A stretch of 63,909 bases of DNA, filler included, from Bigelowiella natans CCMP2755 (lineage: Eukaryota > Protista > Cercozoa): assembly GCA_000320545.1 (NCBI GenBank). It is 9 parts of 9 records of this genome, joined end to end, with 100 filler letters (N's around TTAATTAATTAA, not from the genome) between each part and the next. Parts side by side here need not be neighbours in the genome. Positions count along the whole stretch, not along the records: positions 25,549 to 45,737 come from ADNK01001037.1; positions 45,838 to 47,476 come from ADNK01003699.1; positions 47,577 to 49,500 come from ADNK01003315.1; positions 49,601 to 59,919 come from ADNK01002730.1; 5 more parts are not named here. One strand, written 5' to 3'. Below, in pieces: positions 38,912 to 53,704 of the stretch (positions are counted from its first letter, which is position 1; every line of letters starts with the position of its first letter). Made by a program: the position numbers and the translations under genes. The notes beneath the pieces were generated by a model. That model worked only from the letters and a program-made list of their open reading frames with translations, ran no database searches and was not told the DNA's origin.

Positions 38912-41536
38912 TCATCGCTTTCGGAACTTCACCAACCACCAGGTAATAGATTCCTCTCTAACCTTATCTCCTTTGTCGCTTACCCAGAACTCACCTTCGT
39001 CCTTAGGTTCGTGTCCATACCAGCCCTCTGCATCAAGGTCCCCCAGGACCTTATACCAGTGCTCAAAGGGTAAGTCGGGAACAGCTAGGTAGAGTAGCTG
39101 ATATTTTCCGTCCTTTATTTTCATAGCTACCCTCTCCATATTTCGTAATCCAGGGTAGCCTAGATAGACAATCTTCATGCGCCAATCGTCGTTCACCCTG
39201 ACCTTATTGTTTCCATATTCCACATCGAACTTAGGTCGGGGTCCTAAACAAGGCATTGCTCGCTCCCACACAGTAGGGTTTACTTTAACATCCTCTAGGA
39301 GCTTCTCACCGATATCATAATTCTTTAGGTGACTGATGTGGCGCAAGGTGACCCTGTTCCCATCATAGATGTAGTACTGCTTCCTCCCCTTCCTCTCGGT
39401 AACCTTTGCAACGCCACCCCAGAAGGGGTCTTGTTTATTTCTCGATCTCAGATTTACCTTGGCCCTAACATACTGTCCTTCCTTTAGAACTCGGCCATCG
39501 TACGGGACCTTCTCGTCTTCGCTCTCGGTATCGTCGTCGTTGTCGTCGCCTTCTTCCCTCTCCTTATCCTTGATACCTCCCCCAGACGTGAAGGTGTCGT
39601 TTACTAACCCTTGTATCTTGTCTGGTGTGGTGCTATTTATCCTGCTTAGGTTGGCCAAGGTGCGGTGGAGTCGCTCTACCTTGGAGTTGGACTGGGCATA
39701 GTATACAGGTGAGGCATCAATATTAGGGTGTGGTAGCTGTAGAAGAGAGGTCTCATTATCCACATGTAACTTCTTTGGTATCTTGTTTATGCTAACTTCA
39801 TCAGGGATAGCCTGGAGCTCAGACTCCCAGGTACGGTAGCAGTTAGTAAGCCTCTGCTTATATAAGCCTTTGTTCTTCTTAGCAACGTTGACCTTGATAA
39901 TCTTTTTAACCCAGCACTTTCCAGTGGCCACATCAACGAAGGTAAGGTAGTGATAGCCATCGTACTTATAAACATCAATTTGCACGATATCTAAGAAGTT
40001 CCTTGCTTTGATTTTCTTAGATGCACGGCTCTTGCTGGACTCCTTGGTGGCGACGCCTGCCGTCTTCAAGCTGGAGCACCTGCAGCCACGCAGGTATGTC
40101 CTTATCTCTTTTAGCTTGTAGGGCCAGTAGTAATGGTAGAGTAGAGCAGTGATATGGTTTTCTCCTACGTGTGCAGGTCCATGGGCGGTAAAGAGAAGGG
40201 CTCCCCTGGTCCGCCGTGGCACGTAGGTACGCCTAACATTATTAGTGTATACATATATCCTATCACTAAGTACCTCATGCTTGTGTTTGTATTTATCCAG
40301 GTGTTCTTGAAGGTGCTGGAGCTCCTCTGGCTCAGGCAGGAAGTCGCCGTCCTCGAAGGTAATCGCGTTAACCATAGGGGTGACCTGGGTAGGGACTTTC
40401 TTTTCGAACAGCCTGCTGAAATAGTCAGCAAGCTGCTTGTCTCCTGGTGCGTAGACCACTGTCCTCTTGTCCCTAAACTCTTCCGTGTCCGCCCTCATAG
40501 CTGCATACTCATCGTTAGGCGCTTCGAGCTTGCGGTCGATGCCTAGGAGGGGCTTGTGGTCAGTCATTAAGGTGAAGCTGGGCACCGACAGCAGGTAGTA
40601 TCTTAGTTTCCTCTGCGCCTCAGTCATGGCTTTATACTCTCCTTTTGTAGGGCTGTACTTGGCCTCAGCTGCTGTGCAGGCCCTGCCCCACACCCGTATG
40701 ATCTGCTGGTCTTGGGTAAGTACAGCAGCCATACCTAGCTTAGACCAGTCTGTCCATAGGGTAGCTGGTCTAGTAGTGTCTAGCTTAGCATTCAATAGGG
40801 TGTTGCTGCATAACTTTATTAGGTTATCGAAGTGGGCATCAAGGCCAGCCTTGGCCCACACCTTAGCGAAGCTGAGGCCTACAGAGTTCTCCTTCCGGTA
40901 AGCAGTAGTAAAAGCAGCTGCAGTCCTAGCGTAGGTAGGGGAGAACCTACGTAGTATCCAAGCTGCAGTCTGCAAGAATGACTTTAACTCCTTTGCATTC
41001 TTAGGTTTAGGGGCTTGCTGTAGTGCTGCTACTTTCTCGGGGTTTGGGGTGATGCGGCCTTGCTCCAGGTAATATCCACACCACTTGATTCTTGTAGCTA
41101 GGAATGTACACTTCTGCAGTCTAATAGTAAAACCGAAGTGTGCAAACCTAATAAATATATTTTCCAGGAGGAAGATCTGAGCGACGACTGTGTTGGTACA
41201 TATTATGTCATCATCCACATACACAAACACAAACACCCACAACACAGACGCCATCCCATCATGTGTGTATGCCCTGTAGTTCTGACTACTGAACGCATCC
41301 CCTGATATGCTTAGGCCGTAAGGGAATACGACGAAGTGCCACTTCCTGTGCCTGCTGGAGAACGCGGTAATGGGGCGGGAGGTTTTGTGGATGGGTGTCT
41401 GCATGTATGATTCATTTTTATCTAGGGAAGAGTAGTATTTGTATCCTATGACGTGTTCAATAACGTCATCTATCCTTGGTGTAGGTGTCTGGATCCTCTT
41501 TATTACTCGGTTGTGGCGGATGAAGTTGTGCGCCAT
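38912..41536 (-). CDS. pol: Pol fragment: RT (N-truncated), RNase H, integrase, C-terminal Dam-like domain
   Basis: YSSLD..SYMQ, FPYGL, YVDD; RNase H TDWS, YSPTKGE, TDHKPL; integrase H-X3-H..C-X-C, QID/VDN/KVER, FWGG SH3-like segment; about 130 extra C-terminal residues. Confidence 0.95.
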   Translation of the reverse strand: MAHNFIRHNRVIKRIQTPTPRIDDVIEHVIGYKYYSSLDKNESYMQTPIHKTSRPITAFSSRHRKWHFVVFPYGLSISGDAFSSQNYRAYTHDGMASVLWVFVFVYVDDDIICTNTVVAQIFLLENIFIRFAHFGFTIRLQKCTFLATRIKWCGYYLEQGRITPNPEKVAALQQAPKPKNAKELKSFLQTAAWILRRFSPTYARTAAAFTTAYRKENSVGLSFAKVWAKAGLDAHFDNLIKLCSNTLLNAKLDTTRPATLWTDWSKLGMAAVLTQDQQIIRVWGRACTAAEAKYSPTKGEYKAMTEAQRKLRYYLLSVPSFTLMTDHKPLLGIDRKLEAPNDEYAAMRADTEEFRDKRTVVYAPGDKQLADYFSRLFEKKVPTQVTPMVNAITFEDGDFLPEPEELQHLQEHLDKYKHKHEVLSDRIYVYTNNVRRTYVPRRTRGALLFTAHGPAHVGENHITALLYHYYWPYKLKEIRTYLRGCRCSSLKTAGVATKESSKSRASKKIKARNFLDIVQIDVYKYDGYHYLTFVDVATGKCWVKKIIKVNVAKKNKGLYKQRLTNCYRTWESELQAIPDEVSINKIPKKLHVDNETSLLQLPHPNIDASPVYYAQSNSKVERLHRTLANLSRINSTTPDKIQGLVNDTFTSGGGIKDKEREEGDDNDDDTESEDEKVPYDGRVLKEGQYVRAKVNLRSRNKQDPFWGGVAKVTERKGRKQYYIYDGNRVTLRHISHLKNYDIGEKLLEDVKVNPTVWERAMPCLGPRPKFDVEYGNNKVRVNDDWRMKIVYLGYPGLRNMERVAMKIKDGKYQLLYLAVPDLPFEHWYKVLGDLDAEGWYGHEPKDEGEFWVSDKGDKVREESITWWLVKFRKR

Positions 41537-41580
41537 ATCTACGTTATCTATATTCTATATCCGCGACAACCGCCAAAGGT

Positions 41581-41896
41581 TGTTGCGCGTAAGGTGTTCA
41601 CAGGCCGAGGCGCTACGTGCACAAGTAGGCAGGGGGGGGGAAAGGCACGTTTGCTTCCTTTTGAAGAGTTGTGTTTATTTTTATTAAAGATTATATTCGT
41701 ATCCCTTCTTTAGCTCGATCTTTACTGGGGTAAGCTTGCTGGAGGGCTTCGTCGTCGGCTTGGTGATGTCAGAATGAGTCCCGCCGGAACCCACGTGCCT
41801 ATGCTGTATTAATATCTACGTTATCTATATTCTATATCCGCGACAACCCCTTTGTTGTCGCACGTGACTTGTGCCCGCGTAGTGGTACGCGCTACA
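41581..41896 (-). repeat. Rearranged 5' LTR of copy 2
   Basis: LTR sequence at 41581-41697 and 41774-41896; the middle is replaced by internal pol sequence. Confidence 0.9.
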
Positions 41897-42898
41897 AATA
41901 ACGTTTGAAAGGAATGGTTGCTGTGACACTTTTTGCCGCTGTTTGCCTTTTTGTGCTGGTTTTGGGGGCCCCCTGGGTCGCAATATTGCTCTGGAAGTCA
42001 CACATTTGTGCTGGCATTCCGTCTCTTTTTCTGGCTAGCTAGGGGGGCCATCACCGAATTTGGACTGCGTGCACGGCTAGACGGATCACACACACACAGG
42101 ATCCGTCTGAACACGTGGTTCACATTCGAACGTGTGGATCCGTGTTCATCGCCTGTGACGTGAGCATCGACGGCAAGGCATGTGCGAGACGAATGTGCAA
42201 TGGAGTGATGAAATCTGTTGCATGTGCGCGCTGTTGCATGCTGTGCACGCGTGACTCGCGAGTGGGTTTGATCGATCTGAATAAATCCCAGACGACTCAC
42301 CCACCATGCTAGCATGTGCACGCAGTTCGATCCACGCGCGCACACTGCACGCCGGATCACACACATAAGACAGTGCACGCTAGCTGTACGCGTCGATCGC
42401 GCATCCCGCAGCACGTCTACTTGTAGCTAGACGTGTGCCAGCATCAGCAATGCCAGACGAATACAAATGCAATGAGTGCAAGCAACAAACCCCCGCGCGC
42501 ATGATCACATGCCAATTTGAAGACAAACATGATCGCACACATCGCAGCAATAATCTAGCAATAATGCCCGTGCCCAGCTAGCCAGCCATCAGTGGAGGCA
42601 TGACACTTGGGCTACAAACAGACTTGAGTGGAACGAAATTCAACATCCCGTACTACTGTTGCAAATGATGATGATGATTGACCTCATGACAATGTCAGAA
42701 TGGCTAGCGATGGCTAGATGGCGAGCTACCGCGTCGCGTTGAATGTCATCAGCGTGCTAGTTCATTTCTTCTAAATCAAGAGCGTGGCAGATGCACATGT
42801 ACGTTTTGTGTGCATGGGCCATGAATGTGCGTATATGTGAGAAATTTGCTATCGTTGAGTCACAAGTCGTTCGGTGATACGTGTATGCCCGGATAAAC

Positions 42899-45540
<2,642 letters not shown>

Positions 45541-46162
45541 AGGGGGGGGCGGGGGGGGGGGGGGGGGGGGATGAAAAGGGAAATAAATTATCAAAGAAGG
45601 AGGAAAAAACCTGTTCTTTATTGGTTTCCCCCCTAATTAGCCTAGCAAGGTCCACCACACCCCCGAACCTCCTTTCCCCCCCCCCCCCGCCTTTTTCCCT
45701 TGACGTCGAAGGGGGTTCACGATTAAAGATGAAGGAANNNNNNNNNNNNNNNNNNNNNNNNNNNNNNNNNNNNNNNNNNNNTTAATTAATTAANNNNNNN
45801 NNNNNNNNNNNNNNNNNNNNNNNNNNNNNNNNNNNNNGGGGGGGGGGGAAGGGAAAGAGAGAGAAAAAGAGAGAGAGAGAGAAAGAGGGGAAAAAAAAAA
45901 AAAAGTTGGGGGGGGTGGGGGGGGGGGAGGTTAGGAACGAGAAAACAACACATGCATAAAGCAACCGATAAGATCCAACCACACAGTCGAAAGATATCAC
46001 TTTGACGAAACAGCAAGAGATCTAGACCGGTCAAAATGACATGTAAGTGGGATGCGGCTACCGCACCACCTTGCTCTCCTCGTTAGGCTCTTCCTCGTTC
46101 TCATCGAGGGGATCGCTCGCACGATTCTTCTCCAGCTTGCTCTGGAGGTCGTCGCCATCTGC

Positions 46163-46196
<34 letters not shown>

Positions 46197-47736
46197 ATAT
46201 TATTTTTGTTATCATTATCATTATCGGTGTTGTTATGTAAGTGCAATCACAAATTCAACGCAACACTGAAAAAATGCATTTTGGCCTTCTAAGATATTCG
46301 ATGTTGTTTGCGATCGTGCTAGATCCAAATTATCAGAGGGGGGGGGAGCCATGCTACTTTTTTATGTATAAAATATGTATGCATTGAAAAAGGGGAAACG
46401 ACCATAACCTGGATTGCTGGCGCCACTGTCCCTCCTGCTACCATCGTTGCTGTTGCTGCTTCTTTCAATGCTTTGTCGAGAGGACTTCCGCGAGCGCACC
46501 GACGGTTCTACGAGCGAGCTATTGGATGCCGCTCTTTCGTCGCGAGGAGCATCACCTGAGATAGATAAATTGTGTGGAGGAGGATGATGATTATGATGAT
46601 GATGATGATGATGATGATGGAGAGAGCAAGTCTACAACAGCAGTCGAGCGGGGTTTTGGTTGTAACAGTGTAGGCAGGAGGAGGAGGATACGTAAAAAAA
46701 TTTGACAGAATCACGGTGGAAAAGGATTTTTCAGGTCAAAGTACCGTCTTTCTTGAGCCTTACTTCCTCGTCTGTGTACTCCGAGATCACGGCGACACCG
46801 TAGAAGAAGCGCATGTCGCCCTTTCCCTTAATCGTGATTGAACGTTAATATGTATTGGCAGACAATCGGGGACAGGAGTATACGTAAAACAGAGACGGGG
46901 GGGGGGGGGTAGGTGGGATGGGCAGGGAAGAAGGAGCACCCCTATCTTGCTTCATCATCATTATCATTATCATCATCCTCATCCTCATCATCATCATCAA
47001 GGACCACAGTGCCACTCGCCCACCATAAGCGTTACCACTACCACTTCTATCACTGCTACTGCTACACACTCACCTTAATATGTGAGGGAACTATGGCAGG
47101 AATGGAGATGCCCTGACAACAACAACAACAACCATTACACAGTATGTGTGCGAATGTGAGTGTGAGTGTGAGTGTGAGTGTGAGTGTGCATATGTAATGC
47201 ATATGAAAGGATCTTATCGTATTTTAACATTCAAGATAAACAATGTGCCACGGCACAAGGACTACTACACCCAAGCACCTAAAAATTAAGATTATACTCA
47301 AAACCAACCTTTACAGCATCCTCCTCCTCCTCCTCCTCCTCCTCCTCCTCCTCTTCTTCGTTTTCTCCTCGCCCATGTTTTATCAGGAATCCTACGGCGT
47401 GAGCGGAGAGGAAGAAACAAAGCGTTTGTAGCCGTTGGTGAAGAAGGAAAGGGGGGTGAAGGGGGCGGAGCGGTGGNNNNNNNNNNNNNNNNNNNNNNNN
47501 NNNNNNNNNNNNNNNNNNNNTTAATTAATTAANNNNNNNNNNNNNNNNNNNNNNNNNNNNNNNNNNNNNNNNNNNNGACAAAAACTGCCACGTTGTAGTC
47601 CTTATTACCAGGCACGATATGGCGAGGTGCTGCTGCTGCACTAAATCACGTTCCGCGTATGACCAAACAAGCCTGATTGTAAATTGTGTGCCTTTTGTAT
47701 GCGATGGTCGATAACACTCGTTTGGCTTTCTATTCG

Positions 47737-47931
<195 letters not shown>

Positions 47932-48052
47932 CCCACCCCCCCTCTTTCTCTGACACCTTGACGCTCCCCCCCCCCTAAACATTTTTCCAGAAAAGTGCAC
48001 TTTCTCGCTCTCTCTCAGGGAGCGCACAGAACTTGTAGGCGGCAAAATATTA

Positions 48053-48085
<33 letters not shown>

Positions 48086-48123
48086 CCCCACACACACACA
48101 CACCCACATGTGTGTGTGTGTGT

Positions 48124-48160
<37 letters not shown>

Positions 48161-48364
48161 AATATACCCCCATTACTATGTGTGTGTCTGTGTGTGTGTG
48201 AGTGTGTGTGTTTTAAGCAACAACTATCAGATATTAACCCCCTTTGATCATGCCCTTCCCCCCCCCCCTTCGTTTGAACGATTCCTCCTCATCCTCCTCC
48301 TCCTCCTGCTACTGCTGCTGCTGCTGCTGATGTTAATTGTGAATCCGATTGTTGTGTTGTGCTT

Positions 48365-48403
<39 letters not shown>

Positions 48404-48693
48404 TTCTCTGTCTCCCTCTCTCTTTCAGATATGAAGAGGCCTCCACGACATCGGCGATTTAAGAGCATTGACAGTCCAACGCAGGAAATCATGTGGGATG
48501 TTTTGTGCTTTTTTTTTTTTTTAATTTCTCACTTTCCTCCCCCCCCGCGCCCCCGCCCCCCTCCTTTTCCTTCTTCCGTTACCGCCCCTCTACTTCGGCT
48601 GATGATATGAGGGTGATCTCTCTCTGCGGACAGATTGCCAAAGACGATTGAGGAGTCGTTTGAGCTTATTGTTAATGGCAAGATTCCTGAGTA

Positions 48694-48752
<59 letters not shown>

Positions 48753-48884
48753 GTATATTGTATACCAACAAAACCTAAATAGTGGTAATCCTACCCTCTT
48801 TGTAACGGTGTGTGTACCATCGTCATTATCACCGTCGTCGTCCTCATCATTGATATTCTGCATCATCGTATACATAATTAATAC

Positions 48885-48919
<35 letters not shown>

Positions 48920-49262
48920 TCGTCGTCGTGATGACTCTTCCCATCTTCAGCCCTCGATTCAAGCAAGATCTAGTGGACAACGAGATTGTACGTGTCACTG
49001 CTACACGATGGAAGATGATACTAGAAGAAGAAGAAGAAGAAGAAGAAGAAGAAGAAGAAGAAGAAGCACAACGGATGACTCGTGGTAGTAATAAAAGCAT
49101 GTGTATGTGTGTGTGTGTGTGTGCGTGTATAAAATCAGAATAACGTCTTTGGAGGGCTCTTCCCGTGCTTCTCTTGCTGTAACAGCAAAAGCAGCAGCAC
49201 CGATGAGATTGAAAACACCATTGGCAAAAAAAGTTCAAGTCTCTTTCTCTTCAAGGAGAGGT

Positions 49263-49296
<34 letters not shown>

Positions 49297-49373
49297 ACAG
49301 GAGGAGGATGAGGAGGAGGAGGAGGAGGAGGAGCTCATCGGCTCTATCATCCTTTTTGATTCTCGTCATGGGC

Positions 49374-49406
<33 letters not shown>

Positions 49407-49930
49407 AATGGTGATGATGATGACCATCAGGGTCGCTCTGCCTAATAGTGTGTGTGTGTGTGTGTGTTGTGCTGCTGACTATAACTGTACCACGACGCGA
49501 NNNNNNNNNNNNNNNNNNNNNNNNNNNNNNNNNNNNNNNNNNNNTTAATTAATTAANNNNNNNNNNNNNNNNNNNNNNNNNNNNNNNNNNNNNNNNNNNN
49601 GAGAGAGAGAGAGAGCGGACAGCAGTTAGCTGCTCACTAGAGCAAACTGCGTTAGTAAAGAGGCCATGCAATTATTACTCACGACGTGTACTTGTACGTA
49701 CCGCAGAAAAGATGTAGTGGTCGTCAAGCGGATGCATGCGAATACTGTATATCCCTTCACTGAAAGAATCATAAAAGAACAAGATGACAACACAACACGA
49801 GTCAAGGACAGCACAGACAATGTAGTGGTGATTAGAACAAGAATGGAAATTGAGGCAGTTATAATAGCTCTCTTCTTTCTCCGAAGCCCCCCCCCCCCCC
49901 CCTCTTTCTCTCTATGCTATGTGTGTGTGT

Positions 49931-49979
<49 letters not shown>

Positions 49980-49989
49980 CGTGTCTCTT

Positions 49990-50555
49990 TGGCACTGAAA
50001 GGCACAATGTACGAAGTATACAACCAACCAACGATGAAAAGTATAATCCACCATAGTATTTCCAAGTTCATTCGCTCACTCTCGCTCGCAGCGATGGTGG
50101 ATTGTTTCAAAACTTCTTACTTTGATGGCCACGCAAACACGCTGTTCGTCTCAACATCGACCTTTTTCAGCAACAACAGACAACGAAGGAAAAGGCACAA
50201 TTTCATCATCATCATCATCACCACCATCATCATCATCATCATCATCATCATCCACGCCTTAAATGCGACCCAGGAGAAGGGTTGAAGAAAAACGGCATCG
50301 CAACAACTCCCCAACAACGGATAATGACGAATCAGAGCTAAGAGTAGGAAATCGAAAGAAATAATGATATTTTTCAGCAAAGAGAACCTCAACGGCCAAC
50401 ATGTCGCCGCCTTTCCACTTGGTATATTTTCCACGTTCGAAGCCCCTTCAGTATTACAAATAGGAGAGGGGGGGGAGCGCGGCAGAGTGGTATCTCTCAT
50501 CGTGGGTGAATCAGTCAGCAGTCGCAACACAATATATAATGCTACTTACGGATAT

Positions 50556-50598
<43 letters not shown>

Positions 50599-51645
50599 CT
50601 AGTTCAAAGTGAAAAGGGAGGAAAACAATGATGGCTATTTGATTTTCCTTCATCTCCTCCGTGTACACTCTTCCTCCTCCTCTCATCTGAATACTGCTGC
50701 TACTACCTGCCACCCCAAGGTCCTCCATTTTCGCTCACAATCCCGGTCTCTTCAAACCTTTCAATATCACAACCTATCACGATCTACATTAAGAAGGGGG
50801 GGGGGGATATAGCTATAATACATTATTTGTCACAGTGACAAGGTTATAAACAATTGTTATTCTTTCATATCATGGTAGCGTGGAGCAGCCACGCATATAA
50901 ATACTTGTGGTCAGTGCTATTCCTCTCTTAAACTCATCCTTCTGCGTCTGTTTTTTCTTGCTGCGCCACTAATCCAGCATCTTCTTCTTCTACTATCACT
51001 ACACTAGTTGTTTGGGAGAAGCTAAGCACTACCATGATCCGAATCCGGAGCCTTCCCGTAAGTCAAAACAGCGGATACTGCCGTCGCTCGAGCATGACCA
51101 TAGAAGCTTGGGTTGACGAGGATGAACCTTATCGGAAGGTGCGAGAAGTGATGGTCGTAAGTAACAAAGACCTTCACGATTTCGAATAGGCCAATTCGCG
51201 TGTAAGGGCAACTTCTCCCCCCCCGTCTCTCTCTCCCTCTCTCTCTCTCTCTCTTTCTCTTTCATTTCTTTTTGCTTATTCCTTTATAAGTTTCCTCGCT
51301 GATGAGCGTTTGGTTTGAGTAGTGTGTTGGTTGTTGTGAAGAGCTGTCGCTATACTGACGCACACCTGGATGTCGTTGACATGATCGGTGTGGGATCGCA
51401 TCACCAGCGTACAGCGCAAACCAGCAGGACCAAGCTGGAGAGGTGGAGGAGAGGGGGGGTGGGGAGGGAAATGAGAAAATCTTCATTTTTCTCTGACACA
51501 TTTACAAAGATGCAATAATCCGAATAACTGCTTTCAAATCCCTATCCTATCAACAACTAGGGAATTAAATCTAAGCAACCCGATGTACGCGAACGGTGGA
51601 ATCTTGAGAGCATGATGCGATGAGCTGCAATTAACCAAATATATA

Positions 51646-51697
<52 letters not shown>

Positions 51698-52089
51698 GCG
51701 CTTATTAGAAACAGGATAAACGCTTTTGAAAGAACCACTAAAAATTTACTGCAGTCGTTGTGATTTTAGCTTTGGCTTTATATAGCTTTGGGGGGGGCAA
51801 TACCGCGTCATCCGATTCGAGAAATCGTGCGCCGAAAATTGTGCCGTGATGACCTGTATTGAATTCCAAAAGTAGCTTTTTCTGCGAGTACGGCCTGAGA
51901 TGTGATAGCGATTTCTCATGGTGGTTCGATATGCTTGGGGACTTGGTGCAGCATACCTCCAGAGAGACACCTTCTTGTCATCTCCAGCTGTGACCAGCAG
52001 CTCCCCCTCATCGTGCCAATCGACGCAGTTAATATACCTAACCCATCCGACGATGTGTCAAGGATGTACATGTGTATAAAATTACACAC

Positions 52090-52128
<39 letters not shown>

Positions 52129-52200
52129 ATGTTTATATTTATATACATTTGTAACAAAACTCTACCCTCGGTGATTTTCCAGTCTAAAAGCTGGCCCTAG
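49990..52200 (-). CDS. WD40-repeat protein (DCAF-like), multi-exon, partial
   Basis: RLENHRG then INCVDWHDEGELLVTAGDDKKVSLW; SHTDHVNDIQ then VHPRQPKLLWSCSSDGSIRCFDLR. Ends uncertain. Confidence 0.75.
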
Positions 52201-53704
52201 ACGTTTTAGGAGCGATGGTTCACACGCGACTTCACGCATCCTGTGAGATCCATGACCCTTTTCACGTAATCGCATTCGATGGAAGAAAGACATATTTCGG
52301 AGGGTCCAGATCCTCGTATGTCAGGCAGATTTCACCGGATGGATCACGTAAGGATCTTTATTGTCCGGTGAGATTGTTCTTGTTCTCTGTGGTAGCCTGT
52401 TCCTATCCGCTGCCTGTAGAAGTGTGTGAAAGAAAGTTGGGCGTTGAGATCTCGGAGCGGGGGTACCGTGTCTGTGACCTTGTGCAAATGTCTTTTTTAG
52501 ATGATTTGGCAGCAGCTGAGGGTACCCGCAGCTGGTCGTACGCTGCTCCTTTTTTTACCCAAAAAAACACCGTTCTGGAAGAACACAAAGAAGGCAGAAA
52601 GGGAACCGCAACTCGAATCGTTCAAAGTTCGACATTCAGCCATTCTGCACAAATTGCCGACGGGAACTTCAAGAAGGCGAAACATGCGTCAAATACATGT
52701 GGTTTTGGGGTCGTGACATACATTATTGGCAGGATTAGGAACCTTCGCCTCGTGAAGAGCCAGGTCATTAAATGTTTTAAATACTTCCCGATTCTCTTAT
52801 TCGTTTTCTCTCATTTTTGTGGTGATTCAAGGAGAAGCATCTGTCTTAGGTTATGAAACAGCCTTTTTAGCGAAAGAAACTTCTTTTACCATCCAAGAGA
52901 GTACCCTACCTTGTGGTTGGCCTCTGTGTTGAAAGCCAAATAACAGACTATGCGCCAGATTATCGCATGTCTCTGCAACAAAATATCTCATCATGCACGA
53001 AATATCCTCTCATCCCGGGACCGGAAAGCTTTAAGCGGGACAAATCGAAAAAAACGAGAAACCGAAATTATCGCCTTTTTCCTCGATTTTTGCATTATTG
53101 TGGTGACACTGGGTGTAAATTTACTGTGATTCGGCAATTTTAGAACTTTCCCCGGGGTTTAGGAGGGGGTCTCCTGGATGAAAGTCCAAATGCGCATATG
53201 ACTCAGGAAAATACCGGGATACTTTGAGTTATTAAAAAAATAAATGCCGTTGCAAAATAGATAACGTAGTTTGGAGCAAATTCACTCTAGATAAGACAAA
53301 CTGTTAGACATGTTGTGTCTGAAAAACCAAGAGAATAAGCACCTTAGAAGGTGCTCTTGGGTTTCAGACGTATCGTTATTCGATTTTTTTTTTTTGGATT
53401 CTGAACAAATTCCTGGCTGGACTATACGGAGAAAAATCACCTGTTATCTTACTTTAATTGATACTTAAAATATTGTCGCATCTCAGCTATACTGAAATGA
53501 AAACAATTTGCTTTTGCTAAAGTTTCTGGTTCGATACATCTGAGACGTAGTTCCATACCTTCGAATCGCACTTCTCCCCCCCGAGCGCATTCAGGCTGTA
53601 CGATAAAGACGCAAGAATTTTAACTTCATAAGAGCTGTTGCGGATTATTTGGAATGCTTTGGATTGTACCTGGACAGCCCAAGAAATACGTACAGCGAAA
53701 GCCT

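Larger units (their letters stand above)
38535..41896 (-). mobile_element. Ty3/gypsy LTR retrotransposon copy 2: internally deleted, both termini and 4-bp TSD (AATA) present
   Basis: AATA at 38531-38534 and 41897-41900; intact 3' LTR 38535-38860; PPT; RT-RNaseH-IN domain order; rearranged 5' LTR 41581-41896. Confidence 0.96.

Noticed and set aside
41535-41580. Copy 2 as a retrocopy of a spliced, foamy-virus-like pol mRNA
   Set aside because: Junctions lack GT/AG and include LTR-derived filler.
38535-41896. DIRS classification because of the Dam-like domain
   Set aside because: It has a DDE integrase, direct TG..CA LTRs, PPT, TSD and (in copy 3) a protease; no tyrosine recombinase.
46745-46845. 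IKGKGDM resembling a nucleotidyl-cyclase motif upstream of the kinase
   Set aside because: No other cyclase motifs are visible, and the exon is isolated between gaps.
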